DNA from: Terriglobia bacterium
GTDB taxonomy: Bacteria > Acidobacteriota > Terriglobia > 20CM-2-55-15
Assembly: GCA_965198225.1 (NCBI GenBank)
Contig: CBDAOY010000009.1
Span: 352,001 to 416,000, forward strand
Reading direction: 5' to 3'
Length of the DNA stretch: 64,000 nucleotides
This document shows, in pieces, positions 43,208 to 55,245 of this stretch; position 1 is the first letter of the stretch; each line of letters starts with the position of its first letter. A program made the position numbers and the translations under genes. The notes under the pieces are model-generated. The model did no database searches, was not told the DNA's origin, and worked only from the letters and a program-made list of their open reading frames with translations.

Positions 43208-43651
43208 TCACTCCCCGGCGGGGTTGATTCTCACTTCGGGGTTCCACTCCGAAACTTCACCATCGGCATAGATCTGGCGCACCTTCCAGACCAATGTCGT
43301 TGCTTCCGGCGGATTGCGTGCGAGAAAGCTGAACTTGGCGAACTCGTGCTCCCCGATCGAACCGCCGCTCCACACGGCGCCGGTGATAGATCCGCCCACA
43401 TCCGTCCTGTGTTCGATCGACCAGCCGACTTTGGCCTCGAAATAGGGCACCTCGGTATCTGGAGGGAAGTCGACTTCTATCCGTACCGTCGATCCCGCGC
43501 GCTCATGCGGAACACGCATCGTGTATTTCAGGGTTCCACTTGCCTCGGCCACGTTCGGCCAGATCGTGACATGGCCAAAGGCCGACTGAGCGGTGAACAA
43601 CGCAGCAACCGCCAGAACGGCAAACATCGGGACAAATTTTTCTTCCTTCAT
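43208..43651 (-). CDS. YcnI/DUF1775-family copper-binding protein
   Basis: Signal peptide followed by His (AFGHVTI), RVPHER, W-SGG, QIYADGEVSEW. Confidence 0.85.
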   Translation of the reverse strand: MKEEKFVPMFAVLAVAALFTAQSAFGHVTIWPNVAEASGTLKYTMRVPHERAGSTVRIEVDFPPDTEVPYFEAKVGWSIEHRTDVGGSITGAVWSGGSIGEHEFAKFSFLARNPPEATTLVWKVRQIYADGEVSEWNPEVRINPAGE

Positions 43652-43839
43652 GGCGTTTTCTCCAATAACGTGGCGAGCTCAAACCAACGGGTACGCTCGC
43701 CGGAGTCGCTCATACGTACTCGTTGCGGGCGACTCCTTCAGTTGAAACGTGCTTGATACGCGAAGATGGCCCGACTAGTCTAGCTGCAGACGCCTCCAAT
43801 GCGAAGGCGTGCCGCTCCCCGCCCTAACTTGTGGAGTCG

Positions 43840-45730
43840 ATGCGTCAACTTATCCAGTTTCTTGTCATCGCCGGTCTGGTCGTCGGGTTCGGGCTGCCAA
43901 CCCCGTCATTCGCACAGGCAGACCACGTCGGCGGAGCCGCCCGGACGTCGGAGTCGGTTGTTGTGGACGGCCTCCTCGATCCCGAAGAGTGGGCGGGCGC
44001 GGGGCGGGTCGATTCCTTCATGCAGTTCGAACCTCAACGTGGAGATCCCGCCTTCGAGCCGACCGAAGCCTACGTCCTTTACGACGACGTTTACGTTTAC
44101 TTTGCGTTCCGGTGCTTTGATTCTCAACCCGAGAGCATCACTGCACAGCTCACGCAGAGGGACGCCGATCTGTTGACCGACGATGCGATCATCGTCGTGA
44201 TCGACACGTTTCACGACCGGCGTTCCGCCTACTTCTTCGCAACCAACCTTCTCGGAACTCAGTTCGACGGGCGCATCACCGACAACGGCCGCGTCGTCGA
44301 GAACACCTGGGATGCAGCCTGGACTTCGGCCGCCTCCCGATTCGACGAGGGCTGGACGGCGGAAGTCGCGATCCCGCTCTCCACCCTTCGTTTCCGTGCG
44401 GGCGCGGACACGACCTGGGGACTCAATTTCGGCCGAACGTCCCGTCGGTTGCTGGAGACGAGCTTCTGGGCGGGTCCGCTCGAAGACCGCTACCGTATCT
44501 CGCAGTACGGCACACTCGAAGGGCTGGACCTGGAGGGGGCTCAACGCAAGTTCGAGGTCATTCCCTACGTGCTGGGCAACTTCCAGGAAGGCGGAGAGTC
44601 CGATGTGGCGGCCGGCATGGACCTCCGCTACTCGGTGACGCCCGAAAACGTCGTGACGATGACTTTGAACCCCGACTTCGCAACCATCGAAGCCGACCAG
44701 GAACAAGTCAACCTCACCCGGTTCGAGCTCGATCTGCCGGAGAAACGACAGTTCTTCCTGGAAGGATCGGAGCAGTACCGCCAACGGATCCAGACTTTTT
44801 ACTCGCGCCGGATCGCCGACATCCGGGTCGGCGCCAAGATGCTGGGTCGGGGCGGCAGTTGGCAGTATTCAATGCTCACGGCGCAAACCGACCCTGTCGA
44901 AGTCGAATCCCGTAGTTCGGTGCGCGAGTCCGCCAACTATTCGGTCTTCCGCCTGCAGCCCGACGTGCTCGGGTCGTCGACGCTGGCGCTGATGGCATCC
45001 AACCGGTCGCTCGCCGGGGTCAACGGCGGCTCGGTCGGACTGGACACGACACTCTTCTTCACCGATACCATCGGGTTTACCGGACAGTTGATCCGCTCGC
45101 ACGGGCCGGCTCATGGCGGGAAGTGGGCCTGGTTCGTGCGGCCCGCGCGGGACACTGCGACCAGTCACGTGCACTTTCGCTACACCCACCTGGGCGACGC
45201 CTTCGGCGACGACGTCAACGCAATCGGGTTCATCCGGGACGATGATCGCCGAGAGATGGACAGCGCCTTCACCCGGCGGTTCTTTCCCCGATCCGGACCC
45301 GTCGAGCGCATCGAATACGATTCCAACTACAATATCTACTGGAGTCAGAAGGATCTCCTCCGGAGCTGGCGAATCGATGAATCGCTCGATGTGGACCTGC
45401 GTAGTCGATGGTCCCTCGGCGTATCCCATTAACGAGCTGTCGCTGGAATACGAGCTGGCGCGTCTCTGGCTGGATCCGGATCCCGAAACCTCCTCCACAG
45501 CCATTCATGTTCTCCGGGTGACCCAGAGTTTCAACCGGGACCTTTTCATGAAGCTGTTCTTTCAGACCAATTCCGTCATCGATCGGAAGAACCTGCAGGC
45601 CGTGTTCGTCTGGCGTTACAAGCCTCCGTTCGGCACCATCCAGTTCGCGTACCAGCGCGGGACGGCGGCGTTCGGCGAACGTTCCGAGCAGGGGAACACG
45701 TTGTTCGTAAAGTTCTCTTACGTGCTGTAG
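43840..45730 (+). pseudogene. CBM9-like/DUF5916 outer-membrane protein, split near 45430
   Basis: VDGLLDPEEW, GWTAEVAIP, LNPDFATIEAD, EKRQFFLEG; the frame stops at 45432 and the C-terminal barrel strands (…GNTLFVKFSYVL) continue in another frame to 45730. Confidence 0.75.
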
Positions 45731-45874
45731 GAACCACCGGTTCATGAAGTGCCGCGGCGCGTTTTTCCCAGCTCGTGCGATGAAAGGGCGACGGAAACGT
45801 CTGTGACCTGTCAAGCCTCCACAGGTCGGAGGTAGCAGCCGAAAAGAACGGATCGGATACAGCTTGATGCGCGA

Positions 45875-46098
45875 CCAGTAGCCTGTAACAGAGATAGTGG
45901 CAGGAGCGAGGCGCGAGGTGATGCTCTTTCATCCTGAGCGGCGAGCGACAAAGAGATCGCCGCCAACCCCCATCGGCCCGAAGGGTTCGGGCGGAACGGC
46001 TCCGAACGTTATGCTCCCTATCTATGGGACCGGGTACTGAAATCCGGTAACGTTGCGCTCGCAACGCCACTATCACTCTCTCTGTTACAGGCCACTAG
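45875..46098. mobile_element. MITE with IS630-like ends (ctagtggcctgtaacaga family)
   Basis: ccagtagcctgtaacagagatagtggc ... gccactatc..tctctgttacaggccactag; shares the internal motif catcggccc..ggttcgggcggaacggc with the 37970 element. Confidence 0.75.
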
Positions 46099-48190
46099 GG
46101 AACCGGGTGAATCTCGACTGTGAGCAGCTTGTCGGCAAAGAAGTGATCACGGATGGCCCGGTTGATGTCTTCCGGCGTGACACGATCGACGATGTTGCCG
46201 AACTCGTAAATGTAGTCGTGGCCGATCCCGAAGAATTCGGCATCGAGAATTCGGCCGGCAAGCGCAAGGGGAATGGACAGGCTCACGATGAACGCGCCGC
46301 GCACAGTCGAGCGGTGGAAGAGTGCCTCGTCGCGGCTGATGCCTTCGTCGACCATCTCGCGAATGGTCTCACGCGTCGTTTCGATCGCCAGTCTGGTGCG
46401 TTCCGGATCCACGTCGAGGGAGATGCCCAAAGCCCCGCTCCCTTCGTCGCCTCGAAGAAGACCGAGCCGACTTCGTAGACCAACCCCATCCGATCCTTCA
46501 ATTCCAAGCCGAGCCTCGACGAGAGAACGCTTCCGCCCACTGCCACGTTGGCGATCAGCCCGGCGTAGTAGTCGTCGTCGGTCCGGCGCAGCAACCCGGG
46601 ATGTGTCATCAGGACGTGCGCGTCCCGTGCTTGCGGCATTTGGATCACAATCGGGTCCGGACCATCAGGAGCGTCAACGTCGGGGACGTGGACGACGGAG
46701 GGCGGCCGGTCCTGTTTCCAGTCGCCGAACAGGTTGCGGACTTCCTGCATGATCTCTGTCCGATCGAAGTTTCCAACCACCACCAGGATGGCATCTGCCG
46801 AACGGTACGTCCTGCGATGAAAGTCCATCACATCGTCGAGGGTATAGCCCTCGACGGCGGCGCTCTGCTCTTCGATCGGCTCCACGTGGAAAACGTGGCC
46901 GGCTTCGTAGAAGTGTCGGCTGGCTTCGTTGAAAGCCCTGAGCTGGACCCATCCGGCTTTCGCCCTGAGGTCCGCTACCAGCCTGCGTTTGACATCGCCG
47001 AGTATCGATTCGGTGACTGGCGGTCTACGAACCAGCGTCTCGATCAGCTCGAGGATCGGCGTGCGTGCTTCGGGCAGGCCGCGCCCTTCGATGTAGGTGT
47101 TGAACGAAACAGCGGAGAAGTCGAGCCTCGCTCCTTCGGCTTCAAGGCCTGCCTGGCGTGCCAGCTCGGCCATTACGTTGGCCGTCAGTACCGCCAACAA
47201 CGGTTCGTCGGCAGTCTCGAAGTAAGCACCGGCGGCGACATAGCCTTCGACTGTGAGGATGCGGAAATCCGGATGCGAGAAGAGGAGGACGCGCATGCCA
47301 CCCGGAAGGACTTCGCGGGTCACCTGGGTGTAATGCTCCTGTTCGGCTGCTGCGGCAGGTGCATCGTCACGAACCATCCACTCCCTGTACCGGAGGAAAG
47401 CTTCGCGCTCTTCGGCGCCGGGAAGGTCGGCCAGGGCCAGCATCGTCTTCAACGGGCTCTCCCGCTGCAGCTCATATTCCATTCGGTTCATGCCGATTCG
47501 CTCGAATGCCGCATCGTCGGCGACGATGGCCGCGCTCGCCGCAAGCGCGGTTCCATCGAAAGTCCGCTCGATCGTTTGGCGAACGACATCGAATTCGAAG
47601 CTGCCAACCAGGATCATCCTGGCGTTCCCCGGCCTGTAATGCTGTCGGTAGAACGCTCGAACCTCTTCGCCGTTGACGTTCAAGACCTCTTCGACCTGTT
47701 CCGGCCCGGCGGTTAGGTTGCCCTCCTCGACGACGACTCGCTTCTCCAGATCGATATTTTCGGAAGACAGGATCGAATTCACCATCCGCTCCGCCTCGAT
47801 CAACAGCGCCTCATCCAGATACTCCGTCGGAAACGTTTCGTAGAAGAGAACCCGGTCATCGAGGGTCATCGCGTTGAACGACGCGCCCATCCGCTCCAGC
47901 TCGCGGGGCACGTCGTGTTCGGGAGTGCCTCGGAACATGAGATGTTCGGTCAGGTGGGCCAGCCCCGCCTTGCCCGCAGGATCGAGCTCCGCCCCGGCTC
48001 CGTAGATGATCGCCAGAGCGGTGACCGGGAAGATGCGGTACTCGACGAGCGTGACTTCCAGGCCGTTGTCGAGGCGGAAGGTCTCCCAGGACGGCTCTGC
48101 GCCGAGGGGCAAAATCGTCGACGCGAAATAGATCGCCAGGAAAAGGGGAAGTCGGGCAGCTCTTGTGAATCGGTGCAACTCGGGGCGCAT
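46095..48190 (-). pseudogene. M16 (pitrilysin-like) zinc peptidase, fused two-domain form, frameshifted near 46430
   Basis: GLAHLTEHLMFRGT, SSRLGLELKDRMGLVY; the true C-terminus (GISLDVDPER...VTPEDINRAIRDHF) is in the 46095-46430 frame. Confidence 0.75.
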
Positions 48191-48200
48191 GCCCCCCCGA

Positions 48201-48923
48201 TTATACGGCGGGAAGCTCCAGCGGCGTCGGCATTCGCTCGTCCTTGTCGATCTTTCCGTCCAGGATATGAACGATGCGGTGGGCGCAGTCGGCGACGATT
48301 CTCTCGTGTGTTACGAGGATGATCGTGTTGCCCTCGGCGTGGAGCCGGTCGAAGAGCCGCATGATTTCGGCGCCCGTTTGTGAGTCAAGATTGCCGGTCG
48401 GCTCATCGGCCAGGATGATCGAGGGCGCGTTCACCAACGCCCGGGCGATCGCAACCCGCTGGCGTTGACCGCCAGACAGTTCGTTGGGCCGATGGTCTTC
48501 GCGGTCGGTGAGCTCGACCATTTCCAGCGCCGCATGGGCGCGCTTTTTCCGGTCGCGTGCCGGCATGCCGCTGTAGATCAGCGGCAGCTCGACATTGTGC
48601 AACGCTGTCGCTCTGGGCAACAGGTTGAACGTCTGGAAGACAAAACCGATTTCCTTGTTCCGGATATAAGCCAGCTCGTCGTCGTCCATGTCGCTGACGA
48701 GCCGCTTGTTCAGCCAGTACCGACCACGCGTCGGGGAGTCGAGGCATCCGACCAGGTTCATCAGGGTGGATTTACCGGAACCCGACGGGCCCATGATGGC
48801 CATGTACTCGTTCCGCTCGACGTTGAAACTGACGCCCTGGAGCGCGTGGATCCGGTTGTCGGTACCCATTTCATACGTCTTCCACAGATCCTCGGATCGG
48901 ATGATGTATTCGACGTCGCTCAT
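48201..48923 (-). CDS. ABC transporter ATP-binding protein (MacB/LolD-like)
   Basis: [26 protein letters not shown]. Confidence 0.95.
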   Translation of the reverse strand: MSDVEYIIRSEDLWKTYEMGTDNRIHALQGVSFNVERNEYMAIMGPSGSGKSTLMNLVGCLDSPTRGRYWLNKRLVSDMDDDELAYIRNKEIGFVFQTFNLLPRATALHNVELPLIYSGMPARDRKKRAHAALEMVELTDREDHRPNELSGGQRQRVAIARALVNAPSIILADEPTGNLDSQTGAEIMRLFDRLHAEGNTIILVTHERIVADCAHRIVHILDGKIDKDERMPTPLELPAV

Positions 48924-50317
48924 GGAGTCGGACCGTTTTCTAACTTGATGCGCGCCTCATCCTCCAACGTTCGAAGAACACGATAGCTTCCGGTGACGAT
49001 CTCTTCGGACCCGTCCAGGCCATCGAGGATTTCGATATCGGTCGTTCCGACGATTCCCGTTCGCACGGCCTGGAACGTCGCCACGCCGTTCTTCACGATA
49101 AACACCCCTTCCTGTTCGAACTTGGGCTCTTCATCCCGGCGGGTATCGACGCGGACAGGATTCTTGACGAAATCGGGCACCTCGGCCTCGCCGATCTCGC
49201 GTACCGTCAACGCCTGGATCGGAACAGTGAGCGTTTCGTTGCGCGCAGCGGTTTCGATTGTCGCGGTGCAGGACAGTCCCGGGCGCAACTCCGCGGGCGG
49301 GTTGTCGAGAGTGATCACGACTTTGAAGTCCCGCGCCTCATCGGTGTTGGTGGTGTTGGACGAGATGCTGCCACCGCTGCTGGTCAGCGCGGTATTCCCG
49401 ATTTCCGACACGTACCCGGGGAGCGTTCTGTCGGCCAGGGCGTCGACGCGAACCGCGGTCCGTTGTCCGAGCTTCAGGTTGATGATGTCGGTTTCATCGA
49501 CCCGAACCTCCGCCGTGATCACCGACATGTCGGCGATCGTCATCAATGTCGTACCCGGCTGGTTTTGGACGCCGACGATCGCATTCTCGCCTTCGTTGAC
49601 CGGAAGGTAGGTGATCACGCCGGACAGGGGGGCCCGTATCGTGGTCTTGTCGAGTTGGTCGCGAGCCCGAATCAATGAAGCTCGCTGCTGGCCCATACGA
49701 AACGACAGCCCTTCCTTCTGCTTCAAGACCTGAGCCAGTTGCGCTTCGGACTGGACGATCCTGGCTTTCGCCGCATCGACCTGGGCTACCGCCACATGGT
49801 AGGTCGCCTCCTGTCGGTCGAACTGCTCGCGGGAAATCAAGCCGTTCTCGAAGAGCTCCTCCCCCCTCTTGAACTCCTGGTTCGACCGCCGGAAGTCTGC
49901 CTCGATTCGGTTCAACTCCGCCTTCGAGCTGTCCAAAGACGCTTCGGCCGAACGGATCGACGCGTCCATTCCCTCCAGCTCCGATCCTGCCGCGTCGAGG
50001 CTGGCCTGCGCGCTCTGGACATCCGCTTCGGTCTGAATCGACTCGATCTGGAGCAACAACTGGTTCTCCACGACCGACTGGCCTTCAGCAACGGGTAGGG
50101 CGACGATTCGCCCGAAGGTGTTCGAGCCGATGTTGACGTACCGCTTCGGCTTGATCTCGCCGTTCGCCGTCACCGACTGGACGAGTTCCTGTCGGAGCAC
50201 TTGCCCGGTCTCCACGGCAACGATCCCGCGATTGCGGACCGTGACGGCATAACCGACGGTCGCGGCGATCGCGCTGACCATCACCAGGGCGAGGATGAGT
50301 TTCTTGCCAGTCGTCAT
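48920..50317 (-). CDS. Efflux periplasmic adaptor (MacA/HlyD-like)
   Basis: N-terminal TM, coiled coil, [22 protein letters not shown]. Confidence 0.92.
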   Translation of the reverse strand: MTTGKKLILALVMVSAIAATVGYAVTVRNRGIVAVETGQVLRQELVQSVTANGEIKPKRYVNIGSNTFGRIVALPVAEGQSVVENQLLLQIESIQTEADVQSAQASLDAAGSELEGMDASIRSAEASLDSSKAELNRIEADFRRSNQEFKRGEELFENGLISREQFDRQEATYHVAVAQVDAAKARIVQSEAQLAQVLKQKEGLSFRMGQQRASLIRARDQLDKTTIRAPLSGVITYLPVNEGENAIVGVQNQPGTTLMTIADMSVITAEVRVDETDIINLKLGQRTAVRVDALADRTLPGYVSEIGNTALTSSGGSISSNTTNTDEARDFKVVITLDNPPAELRPGLSCTATIETAARNETLTVPIQALTVREIGEAEVPDFVKNPVRVDTRRDEEPKFEQEGVFIVKNGVATFQAVRTGIVGTTDIEILDGLDGSEEIVTGSYRVLRTLEDEARIKLENGPTP

Positions 50318-50844
50318 GCTTTATTTACGAACTGAGCCGGCGAAATGTTACCGGCAAAGACAAACACCCAATTTTAACAGGAGGGAGGGTTCCTTAGTAA
50401 GCACGGCCTCGTTTTGGTAGTGTCTACCGCGTTTCCGAAAAGGCACAGATCCCCCGGGCGTGTGAGCCTCCACTATTCAAGACGCGCGAACGCGGCAGGT
50501 CGTTACACTCCCGCGTTAGTTTTCTAAGAAGTTGGAAGGATCGTCCAAACAGGCAACAACATCCCCATTTCGCTTTTTCGAAGCGAACGACGTGCGTTTT
50601 TTTGTGGAGAAAATTTTGCGCCCTGTCTTGAGCGTTGTCGACATCGGCGCCTGAAACGCCCTGTTGGTACGGGTTATAGCCTTCCGCGTTTGAGTGCACG
50701 GATGTCGCGGTTGAAATGAAAAATAACGCGCGATTTTTGCTTTGAATTTTTTGATCACTTATCTTACAAATAAGCACAACAAAGCTTCACCCACGTTAGG
50801 TGAGCAAGTGTTGTAAAGAGAACGAGGATTTCAAATCCTCTTTT

Positions 50845-50871
50845 AGCCCCGCTTCACGGCGGGGCTTTTTT
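50845..50871 (+). terminator. Rho-independent terminator on + strand with no upstream ORF
   Basis: agccccgc-ttcacg-gcggggc-tttttt. Confidence 0.75.
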
Positions 50872-50897
50872 GATGTTCGAAAAAAAAGATTCCCGTC

Positions 50898-52145
50898 TCA
50901 GTGGATCGTTTCGATCTTCTTCTTCAAATAATCCATCAGCAGGTACTGGCCAAGAGTGTCGGTCGAGGTGAAGTACGCCTTGCCCCTGGAGATCTCCGTG
51001 ACCTTTTTCACGAAGTCGACCAGGTAGTGATCAGTGGCAAGCATGAAGGTGTTGATCAGTATTCCCGACTTCCGGCAGATCGCGACTTCCTTGAAAGTCT
51101 CTTCCAGGATGACCGGATCGAGGCCAAAAGCGTTCTTGTAGATCCGGCCGTTCGGCAGTGTCATCGCGGAGGGTTTGCCGTCGGTGATCATGATGATCTG
51201 GCGCATGTCCTTTTTTTCGGCCATCAGGAGCCGCCGGGCGAGGCGAAGTCCCTCTCGGGTGTTGGTGTGGTAGGGACCGACGACGACCCTCGCGAGTTGC
51301 TTGAACGGAATCTCTTCAGCCGAGTCGTGGAAGAGGACCATGCGCAGTGAATCGCCCGGGTACTGCGTTCGTATCAGGTGGGCGAGCGCGAGCGCCACGC
51401 GCTTGGCGGGAGTAAAACGATCCTCAGCGTAGAGGATCATGCTGTGCGACGTGTCCAGCATGACGACGGTCGCGCAGGAGCTTTCGTAGTCGGCCTGACG
51501 TACCATCAGGTCGTCGGGTTCGAGATTGATCGGCACGCCCAGGCCTTCGCGCGACACGGCTCGCATCAGGGTCTCGTTGATGTCGAGGTTCAACGTGTCC
51601 CCGAACTCGTAGTGCTTCGACGAATGGAACGCTTCGACTCCGGTCGACAGGTCGGAAGTCTCGTGTCGGCCGAAACTGCTCTTTCCCAATGTACCCATCA
51701 GGTGGCGCAGCGCGCGGAACCCGAGGAAGTCGACGGATTTATCGGTGATCTCAAACTGCGCGCTACCCGTCTGCTCGCCTTCGATGCCGGACGCTTCCCC
51801 CTCGGGTGAGGACATGCCTTCCGGCATCTGTGTGGACTGAAGCCAGCCCTCATCGATCATCCGCCGGATCAGTTGGTCGAGCATCTGATCCATCTCGCGC
51901 GCTTCGCCCTGGGTTGGATCATCGAGCCACTGTTCCAGCAACTCCCGCGGGATCCGCTCCATTTCGGCGAGCCGCTCCATGATTGCGCGGCGAAGCGCGT
52001 CCATGTCGCGCGGATTGGTTACATCATGGAAGCCGTACTGAAACCCGCTCTGCAGCAGGAAGTCCGACAGCGAGTCGAGCAGGTCCTCGATGCTGAGTCC
52101 GTCCAGCGGTGACGGAACGTATTTGGTGTATGTAATCTTCGCCAT
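50898..52145 (-). CDS. VWA domain-containing protein
   Basis: [30 protein letters not shown]. Confidence 0.9.
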   Translation of the reverse strand: MAKITYTKYVPSPLDGLSIEDLLDSLSDFLLQSGFQYGFHDVTNPRDMDALRRAIMERLAEMERIPRELLEQWLDDPTQGEAREMDQMLDQLIRRMIDEGWLQSTQMPEGMSSPEGEASGIEGEQTGSAQFEITDKSVDFLGFRALRHLMGTLGKSSFGRHETSDLSTGVEAFHSSKHYEFGDTLNLDINETLMRAVSREGLGVPINLEPDDLMVRQADYESSCATVVMLDTSHSMILYAEDRFTPAKRVALALAHLIRTQYPGDSLRMVLFHDSAEEIPFKQLARVVVGPYHTNTREGLRLARRLLMAEKKDMRQIIMITDGKPSAMTLPNGRIYKNAFGLDPVILEETFKEVAICRKSGILINTFMLATDHYLVDFVKKVTEISRGKAYFTSTDTLGQYLLMDYLKKKIETIH

Positions 52146-52150
52146 TGGAA

Positions 52151-52177
52151 TGTGCGGTCACAGACCGCACCTACAGT
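52151..52177. repeat. GTAG-type REP element, copy 1
   Basis: Minus strand actgtag-gtgcggtc-tgt-gaccgcac; near-identical copy at 63030-63056. Confidence 0.85.
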
Positions 52178-53662
52178 TCAATTGAGCGGTTTCTTGAAGC
52201 GGTTCGGATCGATGGAGTAGTCCCGGTACACGTCCTGCGCCGACTTTCTCTCCGCCGCCGAATAGCCGCGTTCCTCGGTTCGCGTAATCTTGTCGTGAGC
52301 GCAGAGGCCTTCGAGTATGAACTCTGCGGCGGCGACGCGGGCTCCAGGGGAGGAGTCGGCATCGATACCGAGTGGGGATAGCCGGTCCATCAGGCCGTCG
52401 ACTTCGGCAAAACGCTCGAGGGTCTGCGCGATCGGTTCGACATCGGACACCTTCAGCGTGCCACCTGCGTCGAACCACTCTGTAACCGGCTTGAAGTCGG
52501 TGCGTGGAAAGTGGGTTCGGAAGACCATCTGCACCGCCTGGCGGATCAGGTCGCGAGCGACGATGTCCGCACCCTTCAACTCGCCTTCGTATTCCAGTTC
52601 CAGCTTCCCGGTTATCGATGGGATCGCTGCGTAGATATCCACAATGCGGGCAATCGTTTCCTCTTCGGCCAGCATAACGCACCGGCGCTCCGCATTGCTG
52701 GCCGCGTTTTCGACGCACGAAATCGGTAACCGCTGGCTGACGCCGGAACGTTTGTCGATCCGCTGGTCCGCGCGAGCCCTGAATGCGATCCCTTCGATGA
52801 CCTCCCGGATGAACTGGGGAATGGCAATTGCCCCCCGATCCCGGCCGGTCCAAGCCTCTTGCTCGGTGATAGCGACACCGTGTTCCAGATCGACGGGATA
52901 GTGCGTCTTGATCTCCGAGCCGATCCGGTCCTTCAGCGGTGTGACGATCTTTCCTCGCGCGGTGTAGTCCTCCGGGTTGGCTGAAAAAACCAGCGCAACG
53001 TCGAGCGGCAACCGGACCGGATAGCCTTTAATCTGGATGTCGCCCTCCTGCATGATGTTGAACAGTCCGACCTGAATTTTCCCGGCGAGGTCCGGCAGCT
53101 CGTTGATCGCAAAAATGCCGCGGTTTGCCCGCGGTAGTAGTCCGTAGTGAATCGTGAGTTCGCTGGCCAGTGCATGGCCCGCCTTCGCGGCCTTTATCGG
53201 ATCGATATCCCCGATCATGTCGGCAATCGTGACATCGGGTGTTGCAAGCTTCTCGACGTAGCGCTGATCCCGGGACCGGTAGGCGATCGGTGTCTGGTCA
53301 CCCATTTCCTTCACGAGCTCCCGGCATCGGCGGCATATCGGCATGAAGGGATCATCGTTGATCTCGCAGCCTTCGATGCAGGGAATCGCTTCATCCAGAA
53401 GGTCGGCAAGCTGGCGCAGGATGCGGCTCTTGGCCTGACCGCGCAGGCCCAGCAGAATCATGTTGTGTCGGGACAGAACAGCGTTGATCACTTGGGGAAC
53501 GACCGTGTCTTCAAATCCCATGATGCCTGGGAAGATCGTTTCGCGGCGCTCGAGCTTCCTGACGAGATTGACGCGCATCTCATCCTTGACAGTTCGCCCG
53601 CGGCAGCTGTCGTCGCCGAAGGGTGTTCTTCTCAGCTCTCCCAGGGTTGTTGCTTGCATCAT
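52178..53662 (-). CDS. Magnesium-chelatase ChlI-like AAA+ ATPase (VWA partner)
   Basis: LLGLRGQAKSR, YVEKLATPDVT, NRGIFAINELPDL, SANPEDYTARGKI. Confidence 0.9.
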   Translation of the reverse strand: MMQATTLGELRRTPFGDDSCRGRTVKDEMRVNLVRKLERRETIFPGIMGFEDTVVPQVINAVLSRHNMILLGLRGQAKSRILRQLADLLDEAIPCIEGCEINDDPFMPICRRCRELVKEMGDQTPIAYRSRDQRYVEKLATPDVTIADMIGDIDPIKAAKAGHALASELTIHYGLLPRANRGIFAINELPDLAGKIQVGLFNIMQEGDIQIKGYPVRLPLDVALVFSANPEDYTARGKIVTPLKDRIGSEIKTHYPVDLEHGVAITEQEAWTGRDRGAIAIPQFIREVIEGIAFRARADQRIDKRSGVSQRLPISCVENAASNAERRCVMLAEEETIARIVDIYAAIPSITGKLELEYEGELKGADIVARDLIRQAVQMVFRTHFPRTDFKPVTEWFDAGGTLKVSDVEPIAQTLERFAEVDGLMDRLSPLGIDADSSPGARVAAAEFILEGLCAHDKITRTEERGYSAAERKSAQDVYRDYSIDPNRFKKPLN

Positions 53663-53720
53663 GGATCCCCGCTGTCTGACACTTCCGAAGTTCGTCTGCG
53701 TGGCGCCTTCATCGAACTAC

Positions 53721-54410
53721 TCACGCGAAGATGTAAGCCACACTGAAAAAGAAGAAGTTCGCCACAAAGTGTGCGGCGACGGCACTTTCGATCCCGCCCT
53801 TGAGGAAAATCAACCCCAGCAGCACGCCGCCCACAAACGCCGCGGTAAACGCGTAAATGTTGTGCGCCATGGCAAACAGCAGGGACGTCAGCACCAACGC
53901 CATCGCCGGCGGTAGTATCGCTACCAGCAACGGCTGGATCGGCTTGACCTTCTGGTAGAGGTGCTGGAAGAGGAACAAGAGGCACGACATGATAAAAAGG
54001 CGGTAGACCACTTCCTCGAAGATCCCCGTATCGAGAGAAATGATGAACGAGTCGTAGAGATCGTCCATCTCACGAATTCGGGGAGCCACGAATGGGCTAT
54101 ATCTATAACTAAAAAAGAACAGGTAATTAATGAGGCCGAGCACAACGCCCGGGAGTATGCCGTAGTTGACCAGATCCTGAAAGGTCGCGCGAGAGTCGTC
54201 GGATGTCAGCACGATCGAGCCCCGTAAATTGCTTTCCTGCGCCGCGTACATTCCGAAAGTGCCGAAAGCCATCACCTGAACGAAGCGTGCTATCATGGTC
54301 CAGGTCAGAGAGGCAGACCCACTTTCGTAGTTGAGCTCCGACAGAACTGCTGTGCCACCCGCCAGGATCGCGAGGGCGGCACAGAAACCGAGGACCTTTT
54401 TGGAGCTCAT
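53721..54410 (-). CDS. CPBP/Abi (CAAX-type) intramembrane protease
   Basis: EEVVYR, FAMAH and HFVAN motifs with multiple TM helices; start uncertain. Confidence 0.85.
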   Translation of the reverse strand: MSSKKVLGFCAALAILAGGTAVLSELNYESGSASLTWTMIARFVQVMAFGTFGMYAAQESNLRGSIVLTSDDSRATFQDLVNYGILPGVVLGLINYLFFFSYRYSPFVAPRIREMDDLYDSFIISLDTGIFEEVVYRLFIMSCLLFLFQHLYQKVKPIQPLLVAILPPAMALVLTSLLFAMAHNIYAFTAAFVGGVLLGLIFLKGGIESAVAAHFVANFFFFSVAYIFA

Positions 54411-54493
54411 CGCGACCATCATACACCAAGAAACAGACAGCGGTTGAAACCCCAAAACCGGTCGCTGTTGAGGTTTTGGAGACACCTTCGTCG

Positions 54494-55243
54494 ATGCGAC
54501 ATCTCCTGGTGAGCGACATTCATTCCAACATCGAAGCGCTTGGCGCGTGCCTGGAGAAGGCGAGGGACAAGGGTTACGATTCGGTGCTCTGCTGCGGGGA
54601 TGTCGTCGGCTACGGCCCGGACCCGAACGAGGCCGTCGACCAGCTGCGCGGGCTGAAGGGAATCACGATACGGGGCAACCACGATCGCGTATCCTGCGGA
54701 CAGGACGAGCCGACCGACTTCAACCCCTACGCCAAGGCGGCCGCCCTCTGGACGCGAGAATCGCTGACCGAGGAGAACCACCAGTATCTACGCGCTCTGG
54801 CGCTTGGCCCGCTCGACATCGGCGACAGCGCACAGCTTGTCCACGGCGCAATCACCCACGAAGACGACTACATCATGTCGGAATCGCACGCGGTGGACAA
54901 CTTCGTGATCGCAGAGACCTGGTTGACCTTCTTCGGCCACAGTCATTTTCAGGCCGCATTCTCGTGTGATGAAGATCAGAACATCTCGGCGGAGTCAGTC
55001 GAGCCCCAGGATGACTCAAGTGCGTTCCTCTCGCTGCGAAAAGACAAGCAGTACCTGATCAATCCCGGCTCTGTCGGCCAGCCGCGCGACGGCGATTGCC
55101 GCGCCGCGTTTGCGATCTGGGATGTCGACGAACACCGCCTGGAGTTCCACCGCGCCGGGTACCCTATCGACGTCACGCAGGAAAAGATGCGGGGCCACGA
55201 GCTTCCTGCGTACCTGATCGATCGCCTGTCTCACGGCAGGTAG
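54494..55243 (+). CDS. Calcineurin-like metallophosphoesterase
   Basis: SDIHSN, GDVVGYGP, RGNHD, VHG, GHSH, NPGSVGQPRDGD. Confidence 0.95.
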   Translation: MRHLLVSDIHSNIEALGACLEKARDKGYDSVLCCGDVVGYGPDPNEAVDQLRGLKGITIRGNHDRVSCGQDEPTDFNPYAKAAALWTRESLTEENHQYLRALALGPLDIGDSAQLVHGAITHEDDYIMSESHAVDNFVIAETWLTFFGHSHFQAAFSCDEDQNISAESVEPQDDSSAFLSLRKDKQYLINPGSVGQPRDGDCRAAFAIWDVDEHRLEFHRAGYPIDVTQEKMRGHELPAYLIDRLSHGR

Positions 55244-55245
55244 GT

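Noticed and set aside
50660-50712. sigma54 promoter for the candidate sRNA
   Set aside because: tggtacgggttatagc has GG-N11-GC spacing and gtgcacggatgtcgc lacks the GG; neither fits.
52178-53662. Chlorophyll biosynthesis (true Mg-chelatase)
   Set aside because: No chlH/chlD or photosynthesis genes; this is the widespread ChlI-like AAA + VWA pair.
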